A DNA stretch of 32,000 nt from Vibrio penaeicida (lineage in GTDB: Bacteria > Pseudomonadota > Gammaproteobacteria > Enterobacterales > Vibrionaceae). The translations under genes were made by a program, and so were the position numbers. The stretch spans positions 24,009 to 56,008 of the forward strand of contig NZ_BFAQ01000025.1 of assembly GCF_002933855.1 (NCBI RefSeq), given 5' to 3'. Each line of letters begins with the position of its first letter. Positions within the stretch are counted from its first letter, which is position 1. Under the pieces are notes generated by a model. That model was not told where the DNA came from and did no database searches. It was given only the letters and a program-made list of their open reading frames with translations. Below are positions 8,729 to 18,520 of this stretch, piece by piece.

Positions 8729-10198
8729 GTGTCAGACGGCAAACTGCCAAAGGATGCAGATGGGTTGCAACTCAACTTTTGTAAAACATTGGCGTGTGAC
8801 AACTTTGGATTGAGTGATGCAAATCGGTATGTTTTGCAGCATGCAAACCCTAAACGTCCAGCGATGGTGTGCCGTGAGTGTGGTGCTTTCCCCCCCTTAC
8901 TTAATAATCGCGAGGTTCTTAACGAACTGAGCAGGCTTAGAGCCGTGCATAGTGACGGTTTGCCGGCGTGTCGTAACCCCAATTGTGAAAATGCCGGCAA
9001 AACCGTCCATACCCACAAACATCTTTACCACGCCTTCGGTTACAGCGGTGATAGGCAACGCTATCGTTGTAAATGCTGTCAATCGACCTTCGTGGATAAA
9101 TGGTCCGGCAGCAATGCCAAAATAGAATTCCAAGAGCACTTACTTGGGTATTTGTTCACTGGCTATTCCGTACGTGAAATCTGCCGTAAGCTCGAAATCA
9201 ACCCTAAAACGTTTTACGATCACGTGGATCAAATCGCGAGCCGCTGCCGTCGTAAGTTAGCGATGTTTGATGCTCGTTGGATGAACCACGCCGAGCAATA
9301 TCACCTTTCTTCGCATTACACAGTGCTTCAGCCACACAGCCAAAATGGCGTATTCTGGATAGTAACCACGGATGCTGACTCGGGTTATGTGTTGTCACAA
9401 CACGTCAATTACTCGTTTGATGAGGAACCACAAGGCAATATTGACCACAACCCCTATCAAGTCCCTGCTAGGTTTGTTTCCAAAGAATACCAACCAGAGT
9501 CTTTTGAGGCGGTCACTCGCCGCGCAACGTCACTACGTGAAAAAATCGACAACAAGTACCAAGAAATTTTAGCGCGCGGTAACGTAGAAGACCCTATGGG
9601 AAATCTGCTGAAATTCAATTACCCGTCGAAAGGTGCATTGATTCGCCCTCCTTATACCTCTTATGCGCACTACCTCCATGTTTTGAATATGTGTGAGGAT
9701 GAAAAACGCGTGTCGATATTTATGCCGCAAGACCCAATTTTGCGCTCTGCTGCGTTGTCGGTTTGCCTACCGAGAATACAGCGCCATAATATTGACTTGA
9801 TGTATGTAGAAGAAGATGCCAATGAACAAGAAGGTACGATTGCTCAAAAAATTGACATCGTCCATATGGGGTGGTGGCGCGATCGCTGGGCTATCCGAAA
9901 TGACGACAGTCGCGCAAAAGGAATTTGTTATCTTGCGGGCGACAATGCCGATCATGAACATTGGTTAAACCTTGCTACTACTACTCAAACTCAGTATTAC
10001 CAGCAACGTTTTCAATTATTATTTGAAAGCTTCATTAATGAACCTCGCCGCAAACTACGCCCTGGTGGTTTGCTTCCTTTGTTGGACATTTTCCGTGCTT
10101 GGCACAATTTGTGCTACCAAGATAAGAACGGTATGACGCCAGCACAGCTTCTTAGACTGGCAGACAAACCTCTTACATTACGAACTTTGTTGTCCTGA
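8729..10198 (+). CDS. Transposase-like zinc-ribbon/HTH protein of unknown function
   Basis: GTG start with GAGGGGG upstream; CRECG, CRNPNC and YRCKCCQSTF Cys motifs, HTH-like SVREICRKLEINPKTFYDHV, and transposase-like C-terminus FRAWHNLCYQDKNGMTPAQLLRLADKPLTL. Confidence 0.8.
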   Translation: MSDGKLPKDADGLQLNFCKTLACDNFGLSDANRYVLQHANPKRPAMVCRECGAFPPLLNNREVLNELSRLRAVHSDGLPACRNPNCENAGKTVHTHKHLYHAFGYSGDRQRYRCKCCQSTFVDKWSGSNAKIEFQEHLLGYLFTGYSVREICRKLEINPKTFYDHVDQIASRCRRKLAMFDARWMNHAEQYHLSSHYTVLQPHSQNGVFWIVTTDADSGYVLSQHVNYSFDEEPQGNIDHNPYQVPARFVSKEYQPESFEAVTRRATSLREKIDNKYQEILARGNVEDPMGNLLKFNYPSKGALIRPPYTSYAHYLHVLNMCEDEKRVSIFMPQDPILRSAALSVCLPRIQRHNIDLMYVEEDANEQEGTIAQKIDIVHMGWWRDRWAIRNDDSRAKGICYLAGDNADHEHWLNLATTTQTQYYQQRFQLLFESFINEPRRKLRPGGLLPLLDIFRAWHNLCYQDKNGMTPAQLLRLADKPLTLRTLLS

Positions 10199-10378
10199 TT
10201 TGGATAATCAGTGAAAATCTGACGCATTTATCAGTGAGATAAACGGTAAACGGCCACAAATGTTGTACTTCATTGAGAAAATGTGGCTATTATCATTGTA
10301 TTGGTAGTGCCATTCTTATCGAGCGCACAATATAATAACAAAGTTGAAACTAAGATACGTAACTGCTTGGACTAAACA

Positions 10379-11878
10379 TTGGATAAAGCCCAGATATTAA
10401 TTGAGAATGAGCTAGAGCAACTACGTGCTCGAGTTGAAAGTGAACCCGAAGGGGTATTGCTTCAGGCGAAGCAATGTTTAGCCCGTGCAGAACAAATCCT
10501 ATATCACGAAGGGGTTATCCAAGCTTACATCGTCATTTCACGTTGCCACTGGAGCTTAATGAGTTACCAGAAAGGCATGAAAGCCATTAAAGAAGCACTA
10601 ACGGGTCAAAACCGGTTAGACAACGATAACTACCTCCCTGAAATTCTTCACATTCATGCCCTACAGTTTTGGGGGCAAGCCAAATACTATTCTGCCCAGC
10701 AATATTGGATCAACGCCCTAGAGCAGTCAGCTTTGGTTGGCGAGTCCACGATTGAAATTGAATCCCTTATCGGGTTAGGCAACGTATGGCGAATAACTGA
10801 AGACATTCATCTTGCAAAATCAACCCATGAACTGGCCGTTAAAGTGGCGAACAACGCCCGTATTGACTGGCTGGAAGGTAAAGCGAGAATCTTGCTGGCA
10901 TGGGATTACTACCTACTGAACAATTACGTCGAAATGCTGTCGGTATTGGATGGTGCAGAAGAAGCCTTGAAATACCACCAAGACCCAACTTGGCGTGCCG
11001 AAATATGCGATTTCCGTGGCTTGGCGCTTATTGGGTTAGAACGTTTAGAAGATGCCGAAAGCTCGACAATGGAAGCGCATACACTTGCTGTAAAGCACGA
11101 CTTAACTTGGATGAAAGCGCACTCGTTTATTAGCCGAGCAAGGCTAGAGCTGATACGTAAAGACTTCAAAATTGCAGGCGAGCTTTTACAGCAAGCCGAA
11201 GATGCTGCTAAACCGTTCGATAATGGCGAATTGCTGTCCCAAATATGCTTTCAGCAATCGGTCGTTGCTGAAGAAAGCGCCGATTATGAACAAGCCCTTC
11301 AAGCATTCAAAAAGTACCGTCGGTATTCCATTCATATGCTGAAAGAGCAAACGAACCGACTGGGCATGGATAAAGCGCGAGGCTCGAAAAGGCAGCTCGA
11401 ACAACGTGCGCGTAAATTGATTAATCGCATTCGTGGGCAAATCGAATTTAACCGCGAAAAGCGCTTTTCTAATGTCGTATCTGAAACCTACTGGTGGGAA
11501 CAAATGGTTCTGTTTAAATCAGAACTGAAAAAGTCCAATCACGCGGTCATCATGATCCAGCACGAAGACAGTAATTACTTAGAGATCTGTATCGAGCTTG
11601 CTCATTGCTTATGTGGTAGGAGTGACTTGATTTCTCAACTCGATGAATCTCGTGTTGGCATGCTAATTTCTGAAAAAGGCGATGAAGCCAATAAACTGTT
11701 TGATGTTGTCAGCCAAATGATTTCTATGTACCCATGGGATCGTCGAGGCTTAAAAGGCAAAGCACCGAAAACGTCACTGCATGATATTTTGACGTTCCCA
11801 TTCACGCTCGATCAACTGGTCGAAAAATCCACCGAAACGGAGCATGCTAATGGAAGCGTTACTAAGCAAAGTCTCTGA
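10379..11878 (+). CDS. TPR-repeat protein with degenerate C-terminal GGDEF-like domain
   Basis: Helical repeat region; the C-terminal region lines up with the GGDEF domain of the next gene but has SQLDESRVGMLIS where that protein has VRFGGEEFLVIL. Confidence 0.7.
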   Translation: MDKAQILIENELEQLRARVESEPEGVLLQAKQCLARAEQILYHEGVIQAYIVISRCHWSLMSYQKGMKAIKEALTGQNRLDNDNYLPEILHIHALQFWGQAKYYSAQQYWINALEQSALVGESTIEIESLIGLGNVWRITEDIHLAKSTHELAVKVANNARIDWLEGKARILLAWDYYLLNNYVEMLSVLDGAEEALKYHQDPTWRAEICDFRGLALIGLERLEDAESSTMEAHTLAVKHDLTWMKAHSFISRARLELIRKDFKIAGELLQQAEDAAKPFDNGELLSQICFQQSVVAEESADYEQALQAFKKYRRYSIHMLKEQTNRLGMDKARGSKRQLEQRARKLINRIRGQIEFNREKRFSNVVSETYWWEQMVLFKSELKKSNHAVIMIQHEDSNYLEICIELAHCLCGRSDLISQLDESRVGMLISEKGDEANKLFDVVSQMISMYPWDRRGLKGKAPKTSLHDILTFPFTLDQLVEKSTETEHANGSVTKQSL

Positions 11879-13433
11879 AGCTGGATTGGATCCGGCTTCC
11901 GTTACGGGTGAAGATGCCATTATATTTTGGGATCATGTTCGTCAGCACATCGCAACAACGAATCTTGAACGCTCCCATTGCTTTTTGATCAGCTCCGAAT
12001 ACAGAGCTAAGCTGAACCAACCCAAATCCAGTTTGGACGAACTTCGTGAAGCGGTTGCCTTACTTTCGCTACCTCGCGATGTCGAAGACATTCTCACGAT
12101 TAAAGCCGCTTTGTCTGATCGCCTTTATGAAAATGGCGACTACGCCCTCTCTTTGAAAGAGTGTGTAGAATTGTCGAATATTTCCGTCGAGTTTGGTCAT
12201 ATTGATTACTACGTCATTGCTGTGCTTGGCATGGGTAATTTGTGTGACGCCTATGGCGACCATGCTCGGGCACTCAAGTATTATCAAAAAATCAACGGTA
12301 TAGATCACGCAATCAGCAGCCGTTCGCTGCGCTTAAGATGCAAGCTGTACACGGTATCTTGCCTAATCTCGTTAGGTCGTGTCGCGAATGCCAACGAGCT
12401 GCTTAATGAATGTGAAGAACTCAGTATTCTGGTTTCAGACAAGGTACTGGCCGGGCAAATCATTCTTTACCAAGCTCGAATTCTCCGTAAACAGAAGCTG
12501 TACAACGAAGCGTTAGAAGTTTTGGCCAAGGCGCGTTATTCGTTAAACAATGTCAGTGCTTACTGGCTTTCAAACATGATGCGATTGGAACTGGCCAGAA
12601 GCTTGAATGCTATTGGTAAAACGGATCTTGCAGAGTACACACTCAACTCTGCGGTTAAACGCATCAAACTGAACAACTCACCTGTATTGCTAAAAAGCTT
12701 GTATGAATCACTCAGTGATGTTTTTGCCTCGCAAAAAGATTTCAAGCAAGCCCTCGCGTTCGAAAAAAAAGCGTTCAGAATTGGTACGGATTTGGTCAAG
12801 AACATTCCAATTAGTGATTTGGCGGGTTTTCAGCTTCGTCGCTTATCGCGCTTTGAACTCCAGCTTAAATTGATTCTTTCAGAGCAAGAAAACAAAGAGT
12901 TAAAAGAAACCACTGAAACTCAGAAAGACAAAGTAGCGCAATTGCAACAAGACGTGTTTACCGATCCGTTAACCAGCTTGCACAACCGACGCTGGCTTGA
13001 TGTGAAACTTAAAGATCTCCTGCTGCATGAAACCCCATTCACTTTGATGGTCATCGATATTGATCACTTTAAATCGATCAATGATGAACTCAGCCACTTA
13101 GTGGGCGACAAAGCCATTGTGAATGTTTCACATGAGCTAGCCGCGCACTTCCGATTCCGCGGCGCATCTTGTGTGCGGTTTGGTGGCGAAGAATTCTTGG
13201 TTATCTTGGAAAATACTAATGTCGACCAAGCGGTTTTGCATGCCGAGCACTATCGGGAACGTATTTTCCAATTCGGCTGGCACGATATTTTGGGTGAACG
13301 TGGGCTAACGGTAAGCGTAGGAGTCACCAATCACAGAGAAGGCGAAAACACCCAGCGCACCTTCTATCGTGCAGATAAAGCGCTATATCGAGCTAAAGCG
13401 AAAGGTCGAAATCAAGTCTGCTACGAGATTTAG
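11850..13433 (+). CDS. TPR-repeat diguanylate cyclase (GGDEF)
   Basis: DPLTSLHNRRWLD, VIDIDHFKSINDELSHLVGD and VRFGGEEFLVIL motifs; overlaps the preceding gene. Start taken as ATG 11850 (the track gives 11844). Confidence 0.92.
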   Translation: MEALLSKVSEAGLDPASVTGEDAIIFWDHVRQHIATTNLERSHCFLISSEYRAKLNQPKSSLDELREAVALLSLPRDVEDILTIKAALSDRLYENGDYALSLKECVELSNISVEFGHIDYYVIAVLGMGNLCDAYGDHARALKYYQKINGIDHAISSRSLRLRCKLYTVSCLISLGRVANANELLNECEELSILVSDKVLAGQIILYQARILRKQKLYNEALEVLAKARYSLNNVSAYWLSNMMRLELARSLNAIGKTDLAEYTLNSAVKRIKLNNSPVLLKSLYESLSDVFASQKDFKQALAFEKKAFRIGTDLVKNIPISDLAGFQLRRLSRFELQLKLILSEQENKELKETTETQKDKVAQLQQDVFTDPLTSLHNRRWLDVKLKDLLLHETPFTLMVIDIDHFKSINDELSHLVGDKAIVNVSHELAAHFRFRGASCVRFGGEEFLVILENTNVDQAVLHAEHYRERIFQFGWHDILGERGLTVSVGVTNHREGENTQRTFYRADKALYRAKAKGRNQVCYEI

Positions 13434-13485
13434 TATTCTATAGATAGCAAGCTTCTAATGAACGTCAGCTAAGAACAGAATTTAT

Positions 13486-13518
13486 AAGCCATCTTCCATT
13501 GTGTAGGATGGCTTTTTT
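13486..13518 (+). terminator. Rho-independent terminator after the TPR-GGDEF gene
   Basis: AAGCCATC ... GATGGCTT followed by a T-run. Confidence 0.7.
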
Positions 13519-13610
13519 ACATGTCCCTATCAGCTATAAACTATCAGCGCAACGTCGTTTACCCTGATTCATTGAGTTATAGGAAAGCCATAAGTTATAG
13601 TAAAAAAAAG

Positions 13611-14504
13611 TTATAGGAAAAACAACGAAATCCCACCCAACGCAGCCAGAGTGCCAATCACACTGGTCGAAGATACTCGCTCTCCATTCCAAGCGTAAAT
13701 AAACAATATAAACAGCGGGCTGGTTGCAATCAGTGTTTGAGCAACCGCTGGGTTCGCATTCTTAAGTGCGATTTGTTGAAGCCAAAGCGCTAAGAATGTT
13801 CCAACAAAGATGGCAAGGAGTAACTTTGTGTGCTGCTTCCGGTTCACACCTTTCCAGTGATGTTTAATGCCCGAGAAAGGTTGAGGCTCCAATAATCGAA
13901 TCACCAAAGCCACAGCAACAACGCCAATACTCAAGCGGATGAGGGCTCCCCAAAGTGGCGGTATGTCTCCTGCGACTAAAGCGTAGTGGGAAATAACCAC
14001 ACCGCTGGCCTGACACACACTCGCCAACAGCCCAAAGCCAATTCCCGCCATTGATGCTTCCTGGTCTATGCTGGAAGGCCTGATTACAACGAATGTGACC
14101 GCCGCCGTAGTGACAACCACGCCTAGCCAGCTTTGTACACTCAACTCAGAACCGAGAGCCAATAAAGCAAGCACACCAGAAAGTGGTGGAGCAAGCGACT
14201 CTAACAGTAGGGTCTTGTTTGCCCCGATGCGTTTAAGTGCAGCAAAATAAGCGCTGTCACCTATCGCAATGCCCACCACTCCTGATACAGCTAAGATGAT
14301 AAAATGCCCAGTTTCCATTGCCCACCCATCATCAGGCATTGGCATAAACGGGATCACTACCAACATCATGGCAGACGCAATCACCCCTTTAACAATATTC
14401 AATTGCATGGCAGAAAACTGGTGGCTGAACTGACCGTATATCCATGTTGCCATTGCCCAAACAATTGCAGCCCCAATCGCTGAAGCCTCACCAATGTAGT
14501 CCAC
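13611..14504 (-). CDS. EamA/DMT-family transporter
   Basis: Two-fold repeated multi-TM protein; GIAIGDSAYFAALKRIGANKTLLLESLAPPLSGVLALL and NAVAQTLIATSPLFILFIYAW-type halves (NPAVAQTLIATSP in the translation). Confidence 0.9.
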   Translation of the reverse strand: MDYIGEASAIGAAIVWAMATWIYGQFSHQFSAMQLNIVKGVIASAMMLVVIPFMPMPDDGWAMETGHFIILAVSGVVGIAIGDSAYFAALKRIGANKTLLLESLAPPLSGVLALLALGSELSVQSWLGVVVTTAAVTFVVIRPSSIDQEASMAGIGFGLLASVCQASGVVISHYALVAGDIPPLWGALIRLSIGVVAVALVIRLLEPQPFSGIKHHWKGVNRKQHTKLLLAIFVGTFLALWLQQIALKNANPAVAQTLIATSPLFILFIYAWNGERVSSTSVIGTLAALGGISLFFL

Positions 14505-14717
14505 TTCACATCCTTATTTGTGACGTTCAAACAAAATGGTCGCACATTCCACGCGCTAACACCATTTGGCTCACACCTCTCTTGATGCGCTTCGAATAAA
14601 ACTTGGTCTGCATATGAATCTAGCGATATATTAGAATCTGTTACGTCATATCATTATGCTGCGCTCACATCACTATTCACTTCTCTCTTATTAAAGAAAC
14701 CAGAAGGACAAGGTTTT

Positions 14718-15095
14718 ATGTTTCTTGATTATTTCGCCTTAGGACTGCTTATATTTGTCGCCCTAGTCATTTTTTACGGGATCATTGTCATTCATGACAT
14801 TCCTTACGAAATCGCCAAAGAGCGAGACCACCCTCACCAAGATGCTATTCATGTCTCTGGTTGGGTCAGTTTATTTACATTACATGCGATTTGGCCTTTC
14901 TTATGGATTTGGGCAACGCTTTGGCGTAAAGAACGTGGTTGGGGGTTCCATAAACTTGAGGAGGAGCAACAGGATATCCACCACAGAGTCGATGTTCTTA
15001 TCGATCAGGTAGCGGAACTGCAAAAAGAACTCGCAGAGCTCAAGGTGACGAAGGCTGCTCCCCAAAATCAAGAAGCACAGAAGGGAGAAGCGTAA
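14718..15095 (+). CDS. DUF3302 (YiaW-like) inner membrane protein
   Basis: MFLDYFALGLLIFVALVIFYGIIVIHDIPYEIAKERDHPHQDAIHVSGWVSLFTLHAIWPFLWIWATLW; coupled by TAATG to an HlyD-like gene. Confidence 0.8.
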   Translation: MFLDYFALGLLIFVALVIFYGIIVIHDIPYEIAKERDHPHQDAIHVSGWVSLFTLHAIWPFLWIWATLWRKERGWGFHKLEEEQQDIHHRVDVLIDQVAELQKELAELKVTKAAPQNQEAQKGEA

Positions 15096-16225
15096 TGGAT
15101 TTACTACTGATAATGACATACGCCGCTCTGTGTATCGCCATCTTTAAAATTTTCAAGATCCCATTAAACAAGTGGACAGTTCCAACGGCTGTTCTCGGTG
15201 GCGTTTTACTCATTGGCACCTTGATTCTCCTCATGAATTACAATCACCCATTCACTCAATACGGCGGTCAGTACTACACCACCACACCGATCGTTCCTAG
15301 TGTTCAGGGAAAAGTAGTGGAAGTGTCTGCCAAGGCAAATACACCACTGAAAAAGGGGGATCCGCTGTTTAAGATTGACCCGACATTGTTCGAAGCAGAA
15401 GTCGTGCGGCGGCAGTCTGCTCTTGCGGAAGCAGAACAAACCGTTTTGCAATTAGCCTCTGTTTTCAAAGAGTCTCAAGCCGCTTCCATAGAAGCACTGG
15501 CTGACAAAGACAAAGCAGAAAGAGAATTCCAAAGATACAACAAAGGGTTCAAAAAAGGCGCATTTACTGAGCAACAACTCGACACGCGTCGCCAGTCCTT
15601 TAAAGCAGCAACGGCCAGTTATGAAGCCTCCCTGGCAAAAGTAAAACAGGCAGAATTAGCCTACAAATCGGAGATAGATGGCGAGAACACTCTCATTGCT
15701 CGTGTGAAAGCTGAGTTAGCTCAAGCACAGTTCAATTTGGATGAAACTATCGTCCGAGCCCCGACAGACGGCTATGTCACGCAGCTAGCTCTTCGCCCTG
15801 GCATGATGGCGGTACCGTTGCCCTTGCGACCTGTCATGACATTCGTTCACACTGAAGATGAGTTTTACGTGGGTGCGTTCAGACAAAATTCCTTGCAACG
15901 CTTACAAGCTGGCTTCGAGGCAGAGTTTTTATTCCGAGCATTACCAGGAAAAGTTTTTCGAGGTGAGGTAGTCGAAGTGATCCCTGCGATTGGTGAAGGG
16001 CAGGTACAAGCCTCTGGTTCGCTGCTTAATTCAAGCGCGCTGAAAAATAACGGACGCGCGTTAGTGAAGCTCAAAATCACAGACGATCTTTCTGCCTATC
16101 ACCTCCCAATGGGGAGCAATGCAGAGATAGCCGTGTACTCAGACAGCTTTACTCATGTTTCAGTGATGCGCAAAGTTCTTATCCGAATGAAGAGCTGGCA
16201 GAATTACTTGTATCTAGATCACTAA
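15095..16225 (+). CDS. HlyD-family periplasmic adaptor / membrane fusion protein (YiaV-like)
   Basis: N-terminal TMs, VVEVSAKANTPLKKGDPLFKIDP lipoyl-type motif, coiled coil, and VRAPTDGYVTQLALRPGMM. Confidence 0.9.
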   Translation: MDLLLIMTYAALCIAIFKIFKIPLNKWTVPTAVLGGVLLIGTLILLMNYNHPFTQYGGQYYTTTPIVPSVQGKVVEVSAKANTPLKKGDPLFKIDPTLFEAEVVRRQSALAEAEQTVLQLASVFKESQAASIEALADKDKAEREFQRYNKGFKKGAFTEQQLDTRRQSFKAATASYEASLAKVKQAELAYKSEIDGENTLIARVKAELAQAQFNLDETIVRAPTDGYVTQLALRPGMMAVPLPLRPVMTFVHTEDEFYVGAFRQNSLQRLQAGFEAEFLFRALPGKVFRGEVVEVIPAIGEGQVQASGSLLNSSALKNNGRALVKLKITDDLSAYHLPMGSNAEIAVYSDSFTHVSVMRKVLIRMKSWQNYLYLDH

Positions 16226-16276
16226 TCGAGCTGCTATCAAAACAAAGTACAAAAAGAAAGAAGAAAAGGAAAATAG

Positions 16277-16303
16277 ACCCCATATCGAAAAATGATATGG
16301 GGT
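16277..16303. terminator. Possible hairpin terminator after the HlyD-like gene
   Basis: Perfect 10-bp arms ACCCCATATC/GATATGGGGT with a 7-nt loop; no strong T-tract. Confidence 0.4.
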
Positions 16304-16850
16304 TAACCTAAGAGGGGGAACCAATCCTCACTGCCTTTAATTTGAAATTAAACTAAACAGGAATTGGTCAGGTTTATTTATAAGTTACATTAATAGTTAG
16401 AGTGTAAAAACAGTAATAAACCATGAGATTCCTTTCCTCTTTTAATGCAAAACAAATCAATTTCGTCTCAGGTCTGAGTCTGACCTTACCAAGTGAATCA
16501 AAACACATACAACCTAAAGACATATACAATAAGTACCACAGATCGATACGTCCTATAAAACACAAAAACTAGCTCTAAATATTAATATAATATAATTTGA
16601 CAATACAAAACACCAAAAACACTCAAGTACCACTGCTTAATCGAACCCCAAACATTTGTATTTGTGGCTCAATACCGCCATGTAATAGCAAAACTATCAG
16701 TTAAAAATCAAACTCGTATAGTACTTAGGTCCGGTATGATCTATCAGTAATTTGGTGAATGTCTTAAGGTCCGCCTAAATGCCTGAATCCAGATCGCTTT
16801 CCACCCTATTTCCCCCGTCAAACCTAAGGGCAATATAACAAGAAACTCTG

Positions 16851-18377
16851 ATGTCGAAACTTACCCTTTACCCAATTGCTCTTATAGTGGTATTTCTGGC
16901 CCTTGGTCTGTCTCACTTTCACTATCAGGCTGAAAATATTCGCCAATCTACGTTGTCTACTTTGGAAGTACGCTCGAATTTGCTGCGTCTGTATGTTCGA
17001 TTGATGTCTGCTAAAAACACAGCAATGAAAAACTCAATTGAATTAGATGTTCAACAAAAATCGATTCTAAAAGCTCGGGTAGATCTAATTAAAGAAATCA
17101 CCTACTACCCCGAGTACAACACCTATGCACTCTCCGCATTTGATCAACCAGAATTAGGGGATTGGCTTAAAGGTACTCTAACGATGGATGTACCGATCCA
17201 ATCGTCAACCGACCCCATTGCTGAAGAAATTGCAGCAGTACTGTCTATCAATGAGCAAGCGGGTACTGTTATTGACGACTTAAAAATGACGGTTTGGGCT
17301 TATTACTTATCAAAGAATCGTTTTCTGTTTCTTTCACCGAAATTACCCGTCGAAACCTTCCAGTTCAGCGATATTTTGTATGAAAAGCCTTTTTGGACAA
17401 GCTTGTTGCCCAAGACTAACCCCGAAAGAAAGCAGGTTGTCACTGAATTGTACGATGACGCTGCCGGGCAAGGTTTGATGATCACCATTTCTGATCCTGT
17501 GTATCGCGGAGACGAGTTCCTTGGCATTGTTGCCATTGATATTGGGATGGATCTGATGACCTCTTTACTGAAAGTGGGTAAAGCACCTGGTGAATCCTAT
17601 TTGGTAGACGAAAACCTGCAATTAACGGCGAGCTTGAGTGCATTTTCTCTGGGAGACAAGTTGCCCATTTTGGTTTCAGATACAGGACAAAGCTGGAAAG
17701 AATCGAATGAAGGTTGGTTTTACTGCACACCTACTATTAGCAAAGAACTCTTTTTAGTTCATCGTTTAAAAAAGACCACGTTGCTACTGGAAGCAATGAA
17801 AGCGTCATCGACAGTTTGGTCTTTATTGATGGTGGGTTGTGTCCTTAGTATTTTATCTTTCTTTACCTATGTTTCCGCGAAGAAAAACAAACAACTTATG
17901 TTGGTCGACCCTTTAACTGGTCTCTATAACCGACGTGGTTTTTACTCTTTCATTCAGCCTATATTCCAGCAGTCGCTGCGCAACCAACAGAAATGTGGGT
18001 TATTGGTGATCGACATTGACCACTTCAAGAAGATCAATGATAACTTCGGCCACAGCGTAGGCGATGAAGTGCTCCGTTCCATTGCCACGGCTATTAAAAA
18101 GGTCGCGAGCCAGTCGTCTGTGACCTGTCGCTGGGGTGGTGAAGAGTTTGTTGTGCTCCTACAAGATACCAGCCTCGACCGTGCGCACTGGGTTGCGGAA
18201 AAAATTCATCTCGCTATTGCCAAAAATCAACACAGCATGAAATCCCTCACCGTGACAGTTAGCATTGGTTTAACCGTTAGTTCACCGGATGTTCAAGTCG
18301 ACGATATTATGAAAAATGCCGACATGGCACTCTATGAAGCAAAGAAAATGGGCCGTAACCAAACGGTTATTGCGTAG
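16851..18377 (+). CDS. Membrane-bound sensor diguanylate cyclase (GGDEF)
   Basis: N-terminal and mid-protein TMs flanking a periplasmic sensor region; DPLTGLYNRRGFY, VIDIDHFKKINDNFGHSVGDEVL, CRWGGEEFVVLL. Confidence 0.93.
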   Translation: MSKLTLYPIALIVVFLALGLSHFHYQAENIRQSTLSTLEVRSNLLRLYVRLMSAKNTAMKNSIELDVQQKSILKARVDLIKEITYYPEYNTYALSAFDQPELGDWLKGTLTMDVPIQSSTDPIAEEIAAVLSINEQAGTVIDDLKMTVWAYYLSKNRFLFLSPKLPVETFQFSDILYEKPFWTSLLPKTNPERKQVVTELYDDAAGQGLMITISDPVYRGDEFLGIVAIDIGMDLMTSLLKVGKAPGESYLVDENLQLTASLSAFSLGDKLPILVSDTGQSWKESNEGWFYCTPTISKELFLVHRLKKTTLLLEAMKASSTVWSLLMVGCVLSILSFFTYVSAKKNKQLMLVDPLTGLYNRRGFYSFIQPIFQQSLRNQQKCGLLVIDIDHFKKINDNFGHSVGDEVLRSIATAIKKVASQSSVTCRWGGEEFVVLLQDTSLDRAHWVAEKIHLAIAKNQHSMKSLTVTVSIGLTVSSPDVQVDDIMKNADMALYEAKKMGRNQTVIA

Positions 18378-18520
18378 AGTCGAGTCATTTTGTCAGAAAT
18401 CAGAGACTAAGATGGAGAAGCTTGCTTGTTTCGGCTAAATTTAAAGAAAGACGACGACCATACCATTATCCAATAATAACCAATGCACCAAGAACTAAAC
18501 CATCAGCGGACATCAGTTTA

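Noticed and set aside
8698-9139. Minus-strand ORFs opposite the transposase-like gene
   Set aside because: They lie antisense to the intact 489-codon ORF and show no recognisable domains.
8729-10198. Active IS element
   Set aside because: No terminal inverted repeats or target duplication were visible by eye next to the ORF, although a formal search was not possible.
18422-18520. N-terminal extension of the second GGDEF ORF
   Set aside because: MLVSAKFKERRRPYHYP... is not signal-like, while MKKSLYIPALFSALLAVVGYIYY at 18521 matches the paralogue's TM start.
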